Origin: Ranitomeya imitator
Lineage: Eukaryota
NCBI RefSeq assembly: GCF_032444005.1
Contig: NC_091282.1
Coordinates: 184,698,001-184,762,000, forward strand
Direction of reading: 5' to 3'
DNA: 64,000 bases
Of the stretch, positions 25,068-38,107 are shown piece after piece. The translations under genes were made by a program, and so were the position numbers. Each line of letters starts with the position of its first letter. Positions within the stretch are counted from its first letter, which is position 1. The notes under the pieces are model-generated. The model made no database searches. It saw only the letters and a program-made list of their open reading frames with translations, and was not told the DNA's origin.

Positions 25068-25937
25068 AAGGGTTGTTTGCTCTAAAATGATAAGTCTGCA
25101 GTCACTCGTGTGACTGCAGACTTAAAAATCCCCTGTCACAGGAATACCATGACAGAGAGGGGTCAGAAGATTGCGGCATTTGGCTAAACTGGTTAGATCT
25201 GCTTTGCCAGTTAGCTGTGCAGATTTCCCTTGCTCTGTTGTTGCATGGGTTAATCAGTTCTGTTTGTCACCTACTGCTCTCCATCCTGAGTTATCTCAGC
25301 TGTTCTGATTTGTCCACTCCTTTCTGGTATAAATAGTCACCTCTTAGATTGAGTAGTTGCCAGTGATAGCTTGCTCTAACTTGGTTTGGAGCTGCAGTGT
25401 GCACTGTGTGAAGAGAGTTAGTCTAGGAGTCATCTCTGGAGATAACTAATTTGGAAATTTGGGTGTTTTTCTTTACCTTATCTTCTATTTTGTTTATCTG
25501 ACCTTTTCCTTCCCATTTCTATAGTATGGGAGCGCGTTGAGTTATTGCTGTTTCTTCTATCCTTGTCTGTTTTCCTTTGTGTCTTCATGTTAGAGCAGGA
25601 CTTGTGTTCCTGCTGCCCTACGTACTTGTCAGGGTCATTCTCAGGGATAGGAACATGATTGATGCATGGGGTGAAAGGACCTATCTAGAGAAAGAAAGGG
25701 AGCTTAGGGTTTTGTACGGCAAGTGTCAGGTTTCCCCCCTTTAATATGTCCCTAGTGGCAGAGTGCCCGTTCCCTTCTGTCTTGCCATGCACCCTCTTGC
25801 TTCTGGAAAAAGCATAACATCCCCCCAGCACTTGCACTGTGCGCTGCAAGGATTCACCGGTTTCTGAGCCGGGAACGGCAGTGATGTGTGCGATACAGAC
25901 TGACTGCAGACTTATCATTTTAATTGAGACAACCCCT
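25068..25937. mobile_element. T2/Kolobok-type MITE containing a solo LTR
   Basis: TTAA at 25064-25067 and 25938-25941; termini aagggttgt and acaacccct; subterminal inverted gataagtctgcagtc. Confidence 0.8.
25134..25819. mobile_element. Solo LTR (686 bp) inserted in the T2 MITE
   Basis: TG...CA ends; 5-bp TSD TCCCC at 25129-25133 and 25820-25824. Confidence 0.78.
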
Positions 25938-26500
25938 TTAAGATTTTGTAATGAAAGTTATATTATTAACCTTACTTTCATGCTATGCGTTAAAAAAATG
26001 TTCTATGAAACCTTTGGAAATTGTTCTTGTGTTCAGTGAGATATTGATTAAAATCTTACTTTCCAGAAGGATGTACTCATTTATGCCGAGCACTGTATAT
26101 GGAATAATGCTTTTGGCTTGTTCTATATGTGTGAATTACTGTTAAGCTAATAAAGCAACACCATCACTAATGGGTTCCACTTGGGAAGATGTTTCAAGCC
26201 TGTTGGAGTAACAACAACCTGTTGGCTGTCTTTATTGTATGGATTATCACATTATTTTTCATCTGAACATGAATGTCAATTACAACTGCTTTCTAGGTAG
26301 AGCTGCTCCTATGCAGAAGAGGACTTTTTCTGTAAATAAGGGGGCGCGTTTACACTGGTCAATTATCATGAACAAGTATTCGTAGGAAAGCTAGTTTAAC
26401 GGTGCCAGTCGACTGGTGTAAACCTGGCTTAAGTGATCTTTGTAATGAACCTCAAATATAAGATACCAAAGGTAAATCAACAAACTAATATTTATATTAC

Positions 26501-26591
26501 CTCTCCATTCACTAGAATATCAAAACGAATGCCAAAAACCTTGAATAATGTCCGTTTCTGTATTCCTTCCTCTTTGTAATACCTTGCATGC
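26501..26591 (-). CDS. P2RX1: P2RX1 exon 9 equivalent (91 bp)
   Basis: ag|(R)[30 protein letters not shown]|gtaata; the conserved ATP-binding Lys lies in LFKVFGIRF. Confidence 0.93.
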
Positions 26592-26833
26592 CTTTAAAAG
26601 AAAATATAGGCAGCATTTATAAATTCCTATTCTTAAAGTTATAGAATTGTAAAGCTTGTTATTGTGAATATTGTATAAGAGCAACTCAGTGGTTACCACA
26701 TTTATTTTAAGGTACTTATCGGGTACTTATTGAACTCATGAGCATTTTACAGAATTAGCATATTATTTTTAAAGCGGCTCCATCACCAGAGTTCAGGGTA
26801 TAAACTGTTCATACTATTAAATAGATTTCTTAA

Positions 26834-27394
26834 AGGGAATCTGTCAGCAGGTTTTTGGTACCTCATCTGAGAGCAGCATGGTGTAGGTAAAGAGAAGCTG
26901 AATCCAACGATGTATCACTTAGATTACTGGGTGCAGCCGTTCTCGCACAATCAGAGCATTTAGATTTAGAATGAAGCAGAGCTGAAGAAGCTAACTCCGC
27001 CCCCACCAGGCTCTCAGTGTACAAAGTCCATAGACCAGTGTTTGTCAACTCCAGTCCTCAAGACCCCACAACAGGTCACGTTTTCAGGATTTCCTCATAA
27101 TTTCATCACCTGCTCAAGCATTAATTCCATCGCCTATGCAATACTAAGGAAATCCTGAAAACATGACCTGCTGTGGGGTCTTGAGGACCGGAGTTGAGAA
27201 ACACTGCCATAGACAGTGAGCTACTTATCACAGGAGGAGGCGCTGCCTGACTATTGTAGTCCAGCAATGTTAATCTTAGTGATAAATCCTTCACAGATAG
27301 TAAACAACAGTGACACATCCCTGAATTCTGTGTTTCATTCACTATCTCCTGCTGCCTTTAAATTACATAGCAAAATCCTCCTGATAGTTTCCTT
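26834..27394. mobile_element. T2/Kolobok-type MITE with a nested hAT MITE
   Basis: TTAA-flanked; ends agggaatctgtcag and ctgatagtttcctt. Confidence 0.75.
27036..27206. mobile_element. hAT MITE (171 bp)
   Basis: TIRs cagtgtttgtcaactcc and ggagttgagaaacactg; 8-bp TSD CCATAGAC at 27028-27035 and 27207-27214. Confidence 0.9.
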
Positions 27395-29841
27395 TTAAAT
27401 GTTCTAAGTAAGTACATTAGCCTCATCAGGTCCATATATGAATGACTATATGAGGCCTTCACGCATGTTTAGACACCCAATTTTTAGTTGATCTGTCCAT
27501 GTAATTAACCGATATGTGCCCATTATAGTCCATGGGCATGTTCATATGTCTGTTTTTGTTTTGTGACCAAATGTCAACAAAAACAGAGACAATAATAAAA
27601 AATGGAGCCAGTGATAAAAACAGTTAGCACTTGGACAGTTAGCACTGTTGTGTCTTTTTACTGTATAATGGGTAGTACAAGCTTGGAAATGCATGAATTT
27701 ATTTATATATTAATGCATTTTACAAGCTCTACCCATTAAACATTAAAAAAATAATGTATATGAGAAAAACATATGCCACACTGATGGTGAAAATGGACAC
27801 ACAGTCAAAAAAATAGATGAATATCGGATCAAGAACAATGATGATAAACAGTCTGTTTTTTCTTGTTCGCAAAACCCCCATGCATAGCCAAATGGACTTA
27901 GTTCTTTTTTTAAGTTTTCATGCCTGATATTAAAATGAACATTTTAACAGTCTAGTTTTGAGTCCAGCTTATTTTAAAAGCAGAATTATACAACAGTTCT
28001 AACATGGATTTTCAAAGTAAGTACAACATTCTCAACAGGTCTAAGAGGCCTATTTAATAATATGCATTCCATATCGTTAAATCTAAAGCCTGATCCACTG
28101 TAAAAAGGTTTTTGAGGATTCTATGATATTTGCCTACCAGCAGCTGGTCATGTGTCGCACATTACATTATTTCTACACCTGCTGCAGCTAATCACTGGCC
28201 TCAGTGGTGATAAAGGCTTGTACAGCCCATGACCACTAAGGACAGTGGTTTACTGCAGTAGTTGGGGGAATGATGTATGGCACCTAAAGGATCAGGGGGA
28301 CCACCAAAGTGCAGGTGAACTATAATTTCATAAGATCTTATAAAACCATATTTTATGAATTTCTTGTGTTATTTTATTAAAGCAAAAATTGTCTATTTTC
28401 TTTTCAGAAACAAACTATGAAGGTATTTTGCTGGAGTTGAAGAAAATGTTCCTCACCATCAAAGCAGTTGAGCGTGTGTGATGTCTAATGAGACGTATTA
28501 GTTAATACTAGTAAGGGCTCCATAAAAATGTGTGTGTGTTCATATACAGCGGGTATGGAAAGTATTCAGACCCATTTAAATTGTTCACTCTTTGTTTCAT
28601 TGCAGCCATTTGGTAAATTCAAAAAAGTTCATTCATCACATTAATGTACACTCTGCACCCCATCTTGACTGAAACCCCCCCCCCAGAAATGTAGTCATTT
28701 TAAATTTAATAAAAAATAAAAATTGAAATATCACATGGTGATAAGTATTCAGACCCTTTGCTCAGACACTCGTATTAAAGTCACATGCTGTCCATTTCCT
28801 TGTGATCCTCCTTGAGATGGTTCTTCTCCTTCATTGGAGTCCCGCTGTGTTTAATTAAACTGATATGACTTGATTTGGAAAGGCACACACCTGTCTATAT
28901 AAGACCTCACAGCTCACAGTGCATGTCAGACCAAATGAGAATCATGAGGTCCAAGGAACTGGCCAAGGAGCTCAGACAGAATTGTGGCAAGGCACACATC
29001 TGGCCAAGGTTACAAAAAACATTTCTGCAGTACTCGAGGTTCCTAAGAGCACAGCGGCCTCCATAATCCTTAAATGGAATAAGTTTGGGACCACCAAAGT
29101 CTTCCTAGACCTGGCCGTCCAGTCAAACTGACCAATTGTGGGAGTGCCTTGGTGAGAGAGGTGAAGATGAACCCCAAGATCACTGTGGCTGAGCTCCAGA
29201 GATGAAGTAAGGAGATGGGCGAAAGTTCCACAAAGTCAACTATCACTACAGCCCTCCACCAGTCGGGCCTTTATGGCAGAGTGGCCCGACGGAAGCCTCT
29301 CCTCAGTGCAAGACATAAGAAAGCCCGCATAGAGTTTGCTAAGAAAAACACATGAAGGACTCACAGACTATGAGAAATAAGATTCTCTGGTCTGATGAGA
29401 TGAAGATAGACCTTTTTGGTGATAATTTTAAGCAGCATGTGTGGAGAAAACCAGGCACTGCTCATCACCTGCCCAATACAATCCCATGGTGAAACATGGT
29501 GGTGGCAGCATCATGCTATGGGGGTGTTTTTCAGCTGCGGTGACTGGATGACTGGTTGTCATTGAAGGAAACATGAATGTGGCCAGGTACAGAGATATCC
29601 TGGATGAAAACCTCTTCCAAAGTGCTCTGGACCTCAGACTTGGCTGAAGGTTCACCTGCCAACAAGACAATCACCCTAAGCACACAGCTAAAATAACAAA
29701 GGAGTGGCTTCAGAACAAGTCTGTGACAATTCTTGTCTGGTCCAGCCAGAGCCCTGACCTAAATCCAATTGAGCATCCAGACCTGAAAATGGCTGTCCAT
29801 CAACATTCACCATCCAACCTGATGGAACTGCAAGGAAGAAT

Positions 29842-30338
29842 AATGTGAAGTATAGTGTGGCACTACCTTGAGGTGCTCTAGTAAGTTACCAAAAACAATG
29901 TGCAGTAAAATAAAGAACTTGGCACTCAACTTAGTATGTCATTGCAAAAGGATTTTTTATTATTTTTACAGTCTGTAAACGTTTCGGTCTTATCTAGACA
30001 TTCATCAGTCTGCAGTTAAACATAAAACAGTAAAGGACAAAAATAAATGAAGCAAAATACAAGTCATCATACAAAATAGAGAAGCAATATCAACATTTCA
30101 TTATGCAACATAGTGACGTAACGGATGAACGTGCAGAACCCGTGATTATCCATAACAATAACAATAGTGATAAAGTGGCAGGGAGTCGGAGGGAGAGGGG
30201 GAAGCGGGAGGAGGAGTAAGGAGACCTACCCGACTGCTTGTCACAGAAAGAATATGGTGTAAAATTGTATACATAGGATTGGAGTAATGAGCTCCTAAAT
30301 AGGAGGAATACATGTATACATGGAGTTATTATCGAAGC
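29842..30338 (-). mobile_element. 497-bp non-LTR insert, probably Penelope-derived, with a degenerate hammerhead-like core
   Basis: 11-bp TSD CAAGGAAGAAT at 29831-29841 and 30339-30349; minus-strand CTGATGA..GTCT-AGATA-AGAC-C-GAAACGTT. Confidence 0.6.
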
Positions 30339-30466
30339 CAAGGAAGAATGGCAGAGGATCCCCAAATCCAGGTATGAAAAACTTGTTGCATCATTCCCAA
30401 GAAGACTCATGGCTGTACTAGCTCCAAAGGGTGCTTCTACTCAACACTGAGCAAAGGGTCTGAATA

Positions 30467-30957
30467 ACATAGTAACATAGTAACATAGTAACATAGTTAG
30501 TAAGGCCGAAAAAAGACATTTGTCCATCCAGTTCAGCCTATATTCCATCATAATAAATACCCAGATCTACGTCCTTCTACAGAACCTAATAATTGTATGA
30601 TACAATATTGTTCTGCTCCAGGAAGACATCCAGGCCTCTCTTGAACCCCTCGACTGAGTTCGCCATCACCACCTCCTCAGGCAAGCAATTCCAGATTCTC
30701 ACTGCCCTAACAGTAAAGAATCCTCTTCTATGTTGGTGGAAAAACCTTCTCTCCTCCAGACGCAAAGAATGCCCCCTTGTGCCCGTCACCTTCCTTGGTA
30801 TAAACAGATCCTCAGCGAGATATTTGTATTGTCCCCTTATATACTTATACATGGTTATTAGATCGCCCCTCAGTCGTCTTTTTTCTAGACTAAATAATCC
30901 TAATTATTTCTAGACTAAATAATCCTAATTATTAAGTATTAAGTTAGTAAGTTACTA
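30467..30957 (-). mobile_element. 5'-truncated CR1 LINE (ORF2 C-terminus and tail)
   Basis: YKYIRG..TRGHSLRLEERRF..RRGFFTVRAVRIWNCLPEEVV..FKRGLD; (TAACATAG)n tail on the plus strand; TSD TGAATA at 30461-30466 and 30958-30963. Confidence 0.92.
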
Positions 30958-31533
30958 TGAATACTTATGACCATGTGATATTTCAGTTTTTCTTTTTTAA
31001 TAAATTTGCAAAAATTACTACATTCCTGTTTTTTTTCCAGTCAAGATGGGGTGCAGAGTGTACATTAATGAGAAAAAATGAACTTTTTGAATTTACCAAA
31101 TGGCTGCAATGAAACAAAGAGTGAAAAATTTAAAGGGGTATGAATACTTTCCGTACCCACTGAAAGAGTTAACAGTCTGAGGAACAAGTTGTGCCGAAGC
31201 CTGTGGGAGCCAACATGAGAAATGATCTAGACAAAGGCCCTGATTTATACAGACTGACGTTTTGTATGGCCGTCTTAATGAGAGGCGTGTAAGAATAAGA
31301 TGCGTCAAATACATTAACATGCAGATGCCACTTATTGATTCGCCATATCTTATTAGTGGCATGTGCCTCACCAGAATTGTTAACTACAGTTAGAGACCGT
31401 AGTATTATTTCTGGCATAATGTATTACGCCAATTACATATAATTTGATAGGTGGGCATAGCCTAGTTCCGCCTTAAGATTTTCTTAAGGATATTGATGTA
31501 ATTTCTCCTAGCATATAAAATAAAATGACCTAC

Positions 31534-31661
31534 CGGAAGTTGAAGCCTTGTGAGACTGAGTTCTCATCATGCAGGGCATGGAAAAAATATGTAGGCTTGC
31601 AGTATTTCAAGGGCCAGTCAAGATCACAGTGCCAGTCTATTATAATACCAATTGTTCCTCC
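31534..31661 (-). CDS. P2RX1: P2RX1 exon 8 equivalent (128 bp)
   Basis: ag|GGTIGIIIDWHCDLDWPLKYCKPTYFFHALHDENSVSQGFNF(R)|gtaggt, containing the NFR motif. Confidence 0.93.
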
Positions 31662-32968
31662 CTGTAGCATAATACATTTTTCATTAGAATTATTAATAAT
31701 GGTTATATGGTTTAAAGCACTATTCTTATATTGGGCATAGGAAAAAGGAAATGATCAGAAAATTTCATATTATTGAAATCATGATAAACATTATATCAAT
31801 CACAAACACACGGTATGTATACAAAACATGTTTTAAACTTGGCGTGAGTTTTTAAAGTGGAGCCCGCTTTAGGAAATGCTGCAGAATTGTTAAATAGCTA
31901 CAAAAGATGCCGGACATCTTCTGTCTGTCTTTTGGGGCTGCTCCTGGACTTCTTTATTTTGCTAATGACATTTAACAAGTTGAAGAATGTACACGTCACT
32001 TCCTTTAACCGCTTCGCGCCTTTTGACACACAAAGCAGATAAAAGACAATCAAGAGACTGAACATATGCACAGCAAATCATTTTGACATAAAAATCCTTA
32101 TGTTCAATCTCATGACAGTTTTTAGGGTGTTTTTTCAAGGGTACGGTCTGACCCCTGTGCACTGAAATCTAATTAAAAGAACATTTCAAATGGTGATTAA
32201 AGAAGAACAACAAAGCAGATTTCTTCACTAAAGGGGAGGAAGAAAAAGAGAGGATACAAACATTACAGTATAAGATCGCAAAAATCTTTCACTGCTTGTT
32301 TTTAAGCAATGTTTTAAATCAAATAAAGAATTATTTGCGATCCCTTGCAGTCCTGTCTGTATACTCTTTAGCTTCTTCCCCTGCCCAGGACCTGTGGTAT
32401 GATCAGACCATGTTCCTGTACATTCAGACACGGCCATTACACAGTACACAGCAGGGGCACATTTATAAGATTATCTCAGCACAGGAACATTTTTTTAAAA
32501 CACATCCAATTGTGAAACTTATTATTCAAAGATCTATTGATTAAAATGTTGATTAAAATTAAGTTTATTAATCGAAAAACCCATTTAAATGGTAAGCTAT
32601 TCTGGCCACTGCAAGAGACATGAGTGGCCAGGCTTAGCTTCCTCTGCTGATATTGACTGCCTGCAGGTTTTACTGCAGCAAGAGTATAATTATTACATTG
32701 ATTTCGTGAATATTACACTCATGAAATGAGTGGGTTAGTTAACAATCCACAGCACCAAATTATATACAGTACACATACAAGTATATATATGCTCAAGAAT
32801 ATCATTTTCTTGCTAGGACCGCTCCTTTTCTGTGTCTGGGCATGAAAAGTTGTAGCCATTTTAATGGACATGACATTAGAGTAGTAAAGCACGCAGTTTT
32901 TAAATGGTAAAATGGTAACACGCTGAGGTGCACAACGACCAATAACTAAAGCTGCCCAGTAATATTAC

Positions 32969-33110
32969 CTTTCGTGCTATGTCACTAAACTTTTGTCCTG
33001 TTTGCTCCACAATGTATCCCAGTCGAAATACAGGACACAGTGGGTCTGTATCTTTATGATAAGTACAAGTTTTCAGGTAACTGCTGGTTACTGATTCCAC
33101 CAGATTCTGT
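32969..33110 (-). CDS. P2RX1: P2RX1 exon 7 equivalent (142 bp)
   Basis: ag|QNLVESVTSSYLKTCTYHKDTDPLCPVFRLGYIVEQTGQKFSDIARK|gtaata. Confidence 0.93.
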
Positions 33111-33504
33111 CTGAAAAATATAGGTGCATTATGGCAATATCAATTCTAAAGGCAATTAGAACTTTGCAATTTGTTTCTGTACTTAATGAATCACAGCTAA
33201 AAATATTCTCTGTACAGGTAGGATGAGACAGTTGATTCACCGTGTGAAAATACTGTACTTATAAATGTAACCTTTATTAATGTCTTGACGCAAAAATTGT
33301 GATATTAAAAGAGACCACTACCACCATTAAAAGGATTGAGATAGAAACCAGGAGATGCCTGTACTTATTGGATAGCTAGACAACCCCTACCTGCCAATGG
33401 AGGTTGGCACCATAAAACCTGCAAGCTGGCGCCCCTGCTCAGTGTCGGCTATCCCTACTCAGCCCTGTGGGAAATGGGAAGAGATTAGAAAGGGGGAGGC
33501 GCAA

Positions 33505-34310
33505 GCAGTAAATTGTTTTGGGCCTAGGAACAGTGTCTGCACACCTGTGTATCTAAATTTTTAGTGCATCTAACCCAGTAAATTGTTTTGGGCCTAGGAG
33601 CAGTGTCTGCACACCTGTGTATCTAAATTTTTACTGCATCTAACCCAGTAAATCATTTTGGGCTTAGTAGCAGTGTCTGCACGTCAGCGGAGTAGCCCGC
33701 CTGTGAAGCTAGCTACACCGCCTGTGTATCTAAATTTTTACTGCATCTAACCCAGTAAATAGTTTTGGGCCTAGTAGCATTGTCTGCACGTCAGCAACGT
33801 AGCCCGCCTGTGAAGCTAACTACACCGCCTGTGTATCTAAATGTTTACTGCATCTAACCCAGTAAATAGTTTTGGGCCTAGGAGCAGTGTCTGCACGTCA
33901 GCAACGTAGCCCGCCTGTGAAGCTAACTACACCGCCTGTGTATCTAAGTTTTTACTGCATCTAACCCAGTAAATTGTTTTGGGCCTAGGAGCAGTGTCTG
34001 CATGCCTGTGTATCTAAATTTTTACTGCATCTAACCAAGTAAATTGTTTTGGACCTAGGAGCAGTGTCTGCACGCCTGTGTATCTAAATTTTTACTGCAT
34101 CTAACCCAGTAAATTTTTTTGGTCCTAGGAACAGTGTCTGCATGCCTGTGTATCTAAATTTTTCCTGCATCTAACCCAGTAAATCATTTTGGGCTTAGTA
34201 GCAGTGTCTGCACGTCAGCGGAGTAGCCCGCCTGTGAAGCTAGCTACAACGCCTGTGTATCTAAAGTTTTACTGCATCTAACCCAGTAAATCCTTTTGGG
34301 CCTAGTACCA
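33505..34310. repeat. Subterminal tandem array of the second hAT (55-120-bp units); a related array lies at about 38380-38660
   Basis: gcatctaacccagtaaat..ttttgggcctag repeated; the 3' array has gcatctagcccaggaaatccttttgggcctag. Confidence 0.88.
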
Positions 34311-34402
34311 CAGATTGGCCACTCAGTTCTGCTCGGTTTTCATCCATCGTTTTTTGTGCCAACAACTACAGATACAGAGTTGCCAATTAGTTAAGCACCA
34401 AA

Positions 34403-37400
34403 ATGAGTGGCAAAAGGCCAGCTGCTGGTGGAAAGGAGAATAGGTGTGTTGGAAAGGGAAAAAAAGGTTGTGTCCATGGGGTAGGTGGTAAAGCAACAGT
34501 AACATCTGCAGAAGAAAAACCATCTTCCAGCCAAAGTAAGATGTCTACTTCTTTTCGTGGACAATCTGTTATGATCCCTTTCTTACGAGCATCGCTACGA
34601 GCATCGCCAAAAATTCCAGATGAGGCACAAAAACAGCAGGTGCTTGAACGGATATCAAGTGCTCGTTCAAGTGGGCTCTCCTCCATGTCAACTTCAACAT
34701 CACAACTACTCCAGTCCTCAGAGTTGTCACCCTAATCGCACTTGCTTCCTCACAGCTCCCAAGTCTCCTGCCGCCCGTCTGAGTATGAGGTAACACAGAT
34801 GGTTGAGTCTGTAGAGCTGTTTACTCATACTATAGCCTGGGAATCAGAGGTCTGCTCCAGAGCTTCTGTGAATCCAAATGAGGAAATGATCTGCACTGAT
34901 GCCCAGAATCTTTGTGAGTAGGATCCAGGCCCAGATGAAGAAGGTTCTGAGCATAATGTAGACCCTCGTTCCCAAACTGTAACTCCTGTTGGTGGAGACA
35001 ATGAGGAAGATGATGATGAGACTGAGATACCTGATTGGAATGAAAACTTTACTTTTCGGTCAGGGCAGGAAGAGGTTGGCTCTGAGGACGATGGGTGTGA
35101 GAACACACAGGATGATGATGACGAGGTTGGAGACCCCACTTACTGTCAACCCACAGTCCGCCAGTCCATGAGGTCAGCAGAGGAGGTGGAAGAGGATGTT
35201 AGTGATGAGTCTGACGACGAGGTTAGGTTGCGCCTTCCTGGACAGAGACGGAGTACTGGAAGCACGTCAACAACTGCATCCTCAACCCCAACTGTGCCTC
35301 TGAGCAGAAGTCGTGGTGGCTCTTCAAGTCGCACGGGATCTAAGCCTTGCATAGCTTGGGCATTTTTTGACATCACAAAGGATGACCCAACTCATGTTGT
35401 CTGTAAGATTTGTCACCAAAATCTCAGTAGAGGCCAAAAAATGACTAGCTTGAGTACTTCATGCATGAACCGTCACATGGATATGAGGCATAAGTTGCAG
35501 TGGGAAGCTCACTGTGCTACAATGCGGCCTAGTGGGCTGGGTCAACCACAGTCTGCCCCATCAAGTGCATCCACGTCCTCTTCATCCTCTGTGACTGTGG
35601 GGACAGCAGTCGCACATGGTTTTGGACGCAGACCTTCCACCTCTTTACCTGCAACAGCCAGTGTGATTGGGAGGTCGTCAGGACATTTGCAAGTGGAAAC
35701 ACCTGCTGGTGCTGAGCGCTCTCCAATACCGAGACCACATTTTGATCAAAGCAACATAACATCTCCGCCTGCACCTTCCTCACAGACCAGCAGTTTGCCG
35801 TGGACACCCTACTCAACTTCATCTAAGCACGGCAGCTAGTCCTCAGTCCCTCAGATGTGGACAAGTAAAAGACCATTTCCTCCTAGCCATGACAAAGCTA
35901 AGAGGTTGAATTTCACCATCTGCAAGCTGTTGGCTACAAAAATGCTGCCTTTCCGCCTGGTGGACACAGAGGAATTTCAAGACCTTATGTCCGTCGCAGT
36001 GCCCCAGTACCAGATGCCCAGTCACCACTACTTCTCAAAGAAAGCTGTGCCTGCGCTACACCAGCATGTCGCCCACAACATCACCGCTTCCTTGAGAAAC
36101 TCTGTGTGTGACAGGGTGCATTTCACCACAGACACTTGGACGAGTAGACATGGACAGGGGCGTTACATGTCGGTGACTGGGCACTGGGTAACTATGGTGA
36201 CATCAGGAGAAGGGGCTGCTGTCCAAGTCTTGCCGTCCCCACAAGTTGCTCATCGATCCTATGTATCTAGAAGTTCCTCCACTGCTTCTGCCTCCTCAAC
36301 CTCCTCTAGGTCCTCCACCTGCACCCAAAGCCTGTGTGGTAATGCCACCCGCGTTCCAATTGCGCAGAAGGAATCCTACACACCTCCTTACCATGCTGTC
36401 ACCCGGGCTCAACAGCATCAGGCGGTGTTTACATTGAAATGTCTGGGAAATGTAAGTCACACAGCTGAGGAGTTGTGGTCAGCTCTGGAGACCGGGTTCC
36501 ATCAATGGTTGTCTCCACTCAACCTGCAGCCAGGGAAGGCCAAGTGCGACAATGCTGCAAACCTGGGTGCGTCCCTTCGCCGGGGCAATGTCACACACGT
36601 GCCTTGTATGGCTCACGTTTTGAACCTGGTTGTCCAGAAATTTTTATCCAACTATCCCGGACTAGATGGGCTTCTGCAGAAGGCACGGTCGCTGTGTGCT
36701 CACTTCCACCATTCGCATCCCGCAGCTCAACGACTTAAATCTCTACAGAAGTCGTTGGGCCTGCCAGTTCACCGGCTGAAATGCGATGTGCCCACATGGT
36801 GGAATTCAACTCTGCACATGTTGCAGCGACTGTCGCAGCACCGACGGGCCGTGGTGCAATACGTTATGACGTATAGCCTGGGCCAACGAGATCCAGAGGT
36901 GGGACAAATCACGCTGCAGGAGTTGTCTCAGATCAGGGACCTATGCACCCTTTTGCACAGTTTTGAAATAGCGACGAAGATGTTTAGTGCTGACGATGCC
37001 ATTATCAGCATGACTATTCTGGTTATTTACATGCTGGAGCACACCTTAAACAGTATTTGGAGTCAGGTGGTGGAACAAGAGGAGGAGTAACAGGAGGAGT
37101 CGTATGCAGAAGGGATAATATCTCCAAGGTCCACACAATCGGCAGCACCAAGGCGGCTGGCATTGGAGGCTGGGGGAGAGGGATTACCGAGGGCGCATGG
37201 TAGCAGCCAAACTGTTGAGGAAGGTGCAGGAGGCGAAGAAGAAGTGGAGGATAAACTGGCGCTGGGCATGGAAGACTTATCAGATGAGGGAGACCTTGAT
37301 CAAATTTCTGTTGTGCGAGGTTGGAGGGAGAGGGCAGAGGAAGGAAGCATGATTCTCACCTCGCCGCCACCAAGGCAACAAGGATGAGTGCCTCCTTGCT

Positions 37401-38107
37401 GCACTACTTGCAACATGACCCTCGGATTGTCAGAATCCGAAGTAATTCCGACTACTGGGTTGCCACACTCTTAGATCCCCAGTACAAAAGTAAATTTGGC
37501 AAAATAATTCCTGCCATCGAAAGGGATTCACGCATGCAGGAGTATCAGCAGAGACTGCTACATAATCTTACATCTGCTTTTCCACAAAACACCAGTGGTG
37601 CACGTAGTGAATCTCTGAGTTCTAACTTGCCAACCATGGGACTATCGAGTCATCACTCAAACCGTAACAGTAACATCGTATCTGGTGGTAACAGCAATTT
37701 TTTCCAATCGTTTCAAGATTTTTTTTAAACCATCCTTTGCAAGGCCACAGGAGACAAGAAGTCTGACGCACGGCCAACGCCTAGAGAGGATGGTACAAGA
37801 GTATCTCCAAGTTAACATCGATGCCATGACTGTGGAACTGGACTGTTGCTCTTTTTGGGCTTCCAATCTTGAAAAATGGCCTGAGCTCGCCACTCACGCC
37901 TTGGAGATCTTGTCGTGCCCCGCAGCCAGCGTTCTCTCTGAACGTGTGTTCAGCGCTGCTGGTGGTGTGCTGACAGATAAGCCCACGCGGCTGTCCAGTG
38001 ACAATGTAGACAGACTAACGTTCATCAAGATGAACAAATCCTGGATCCGCAAGGACTTTTCTACCCCTGCGTCATCCTGGGGAGACTCAAAGCTTGATGA
38101 TTTTTGA
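34403..38107 (+). pseudogene. hAT transposase pseudogene (BED finger, DDE core, dimerisation domain) with several stops and frameshifts
   Basis: AWAFF..CKIC..HMDMRH, TTDTWTS, CDNAANL, CMAHVLNL, TWWNS, LLDPQYK and CPAASVLSERVFSAAG. Confidence 0.9.

Larger units (their letters stand above)
28547..31162 (+). mobile_element. Decayed Tc1 element with two nested retro-insertions
   Basis: Ends cagcgggtatggaaagtattcag and gaatactttccgtacccactg; degraded transposase ([15 protein letters not shown] and SPDLNPIE-like). Confidence 0.88.
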
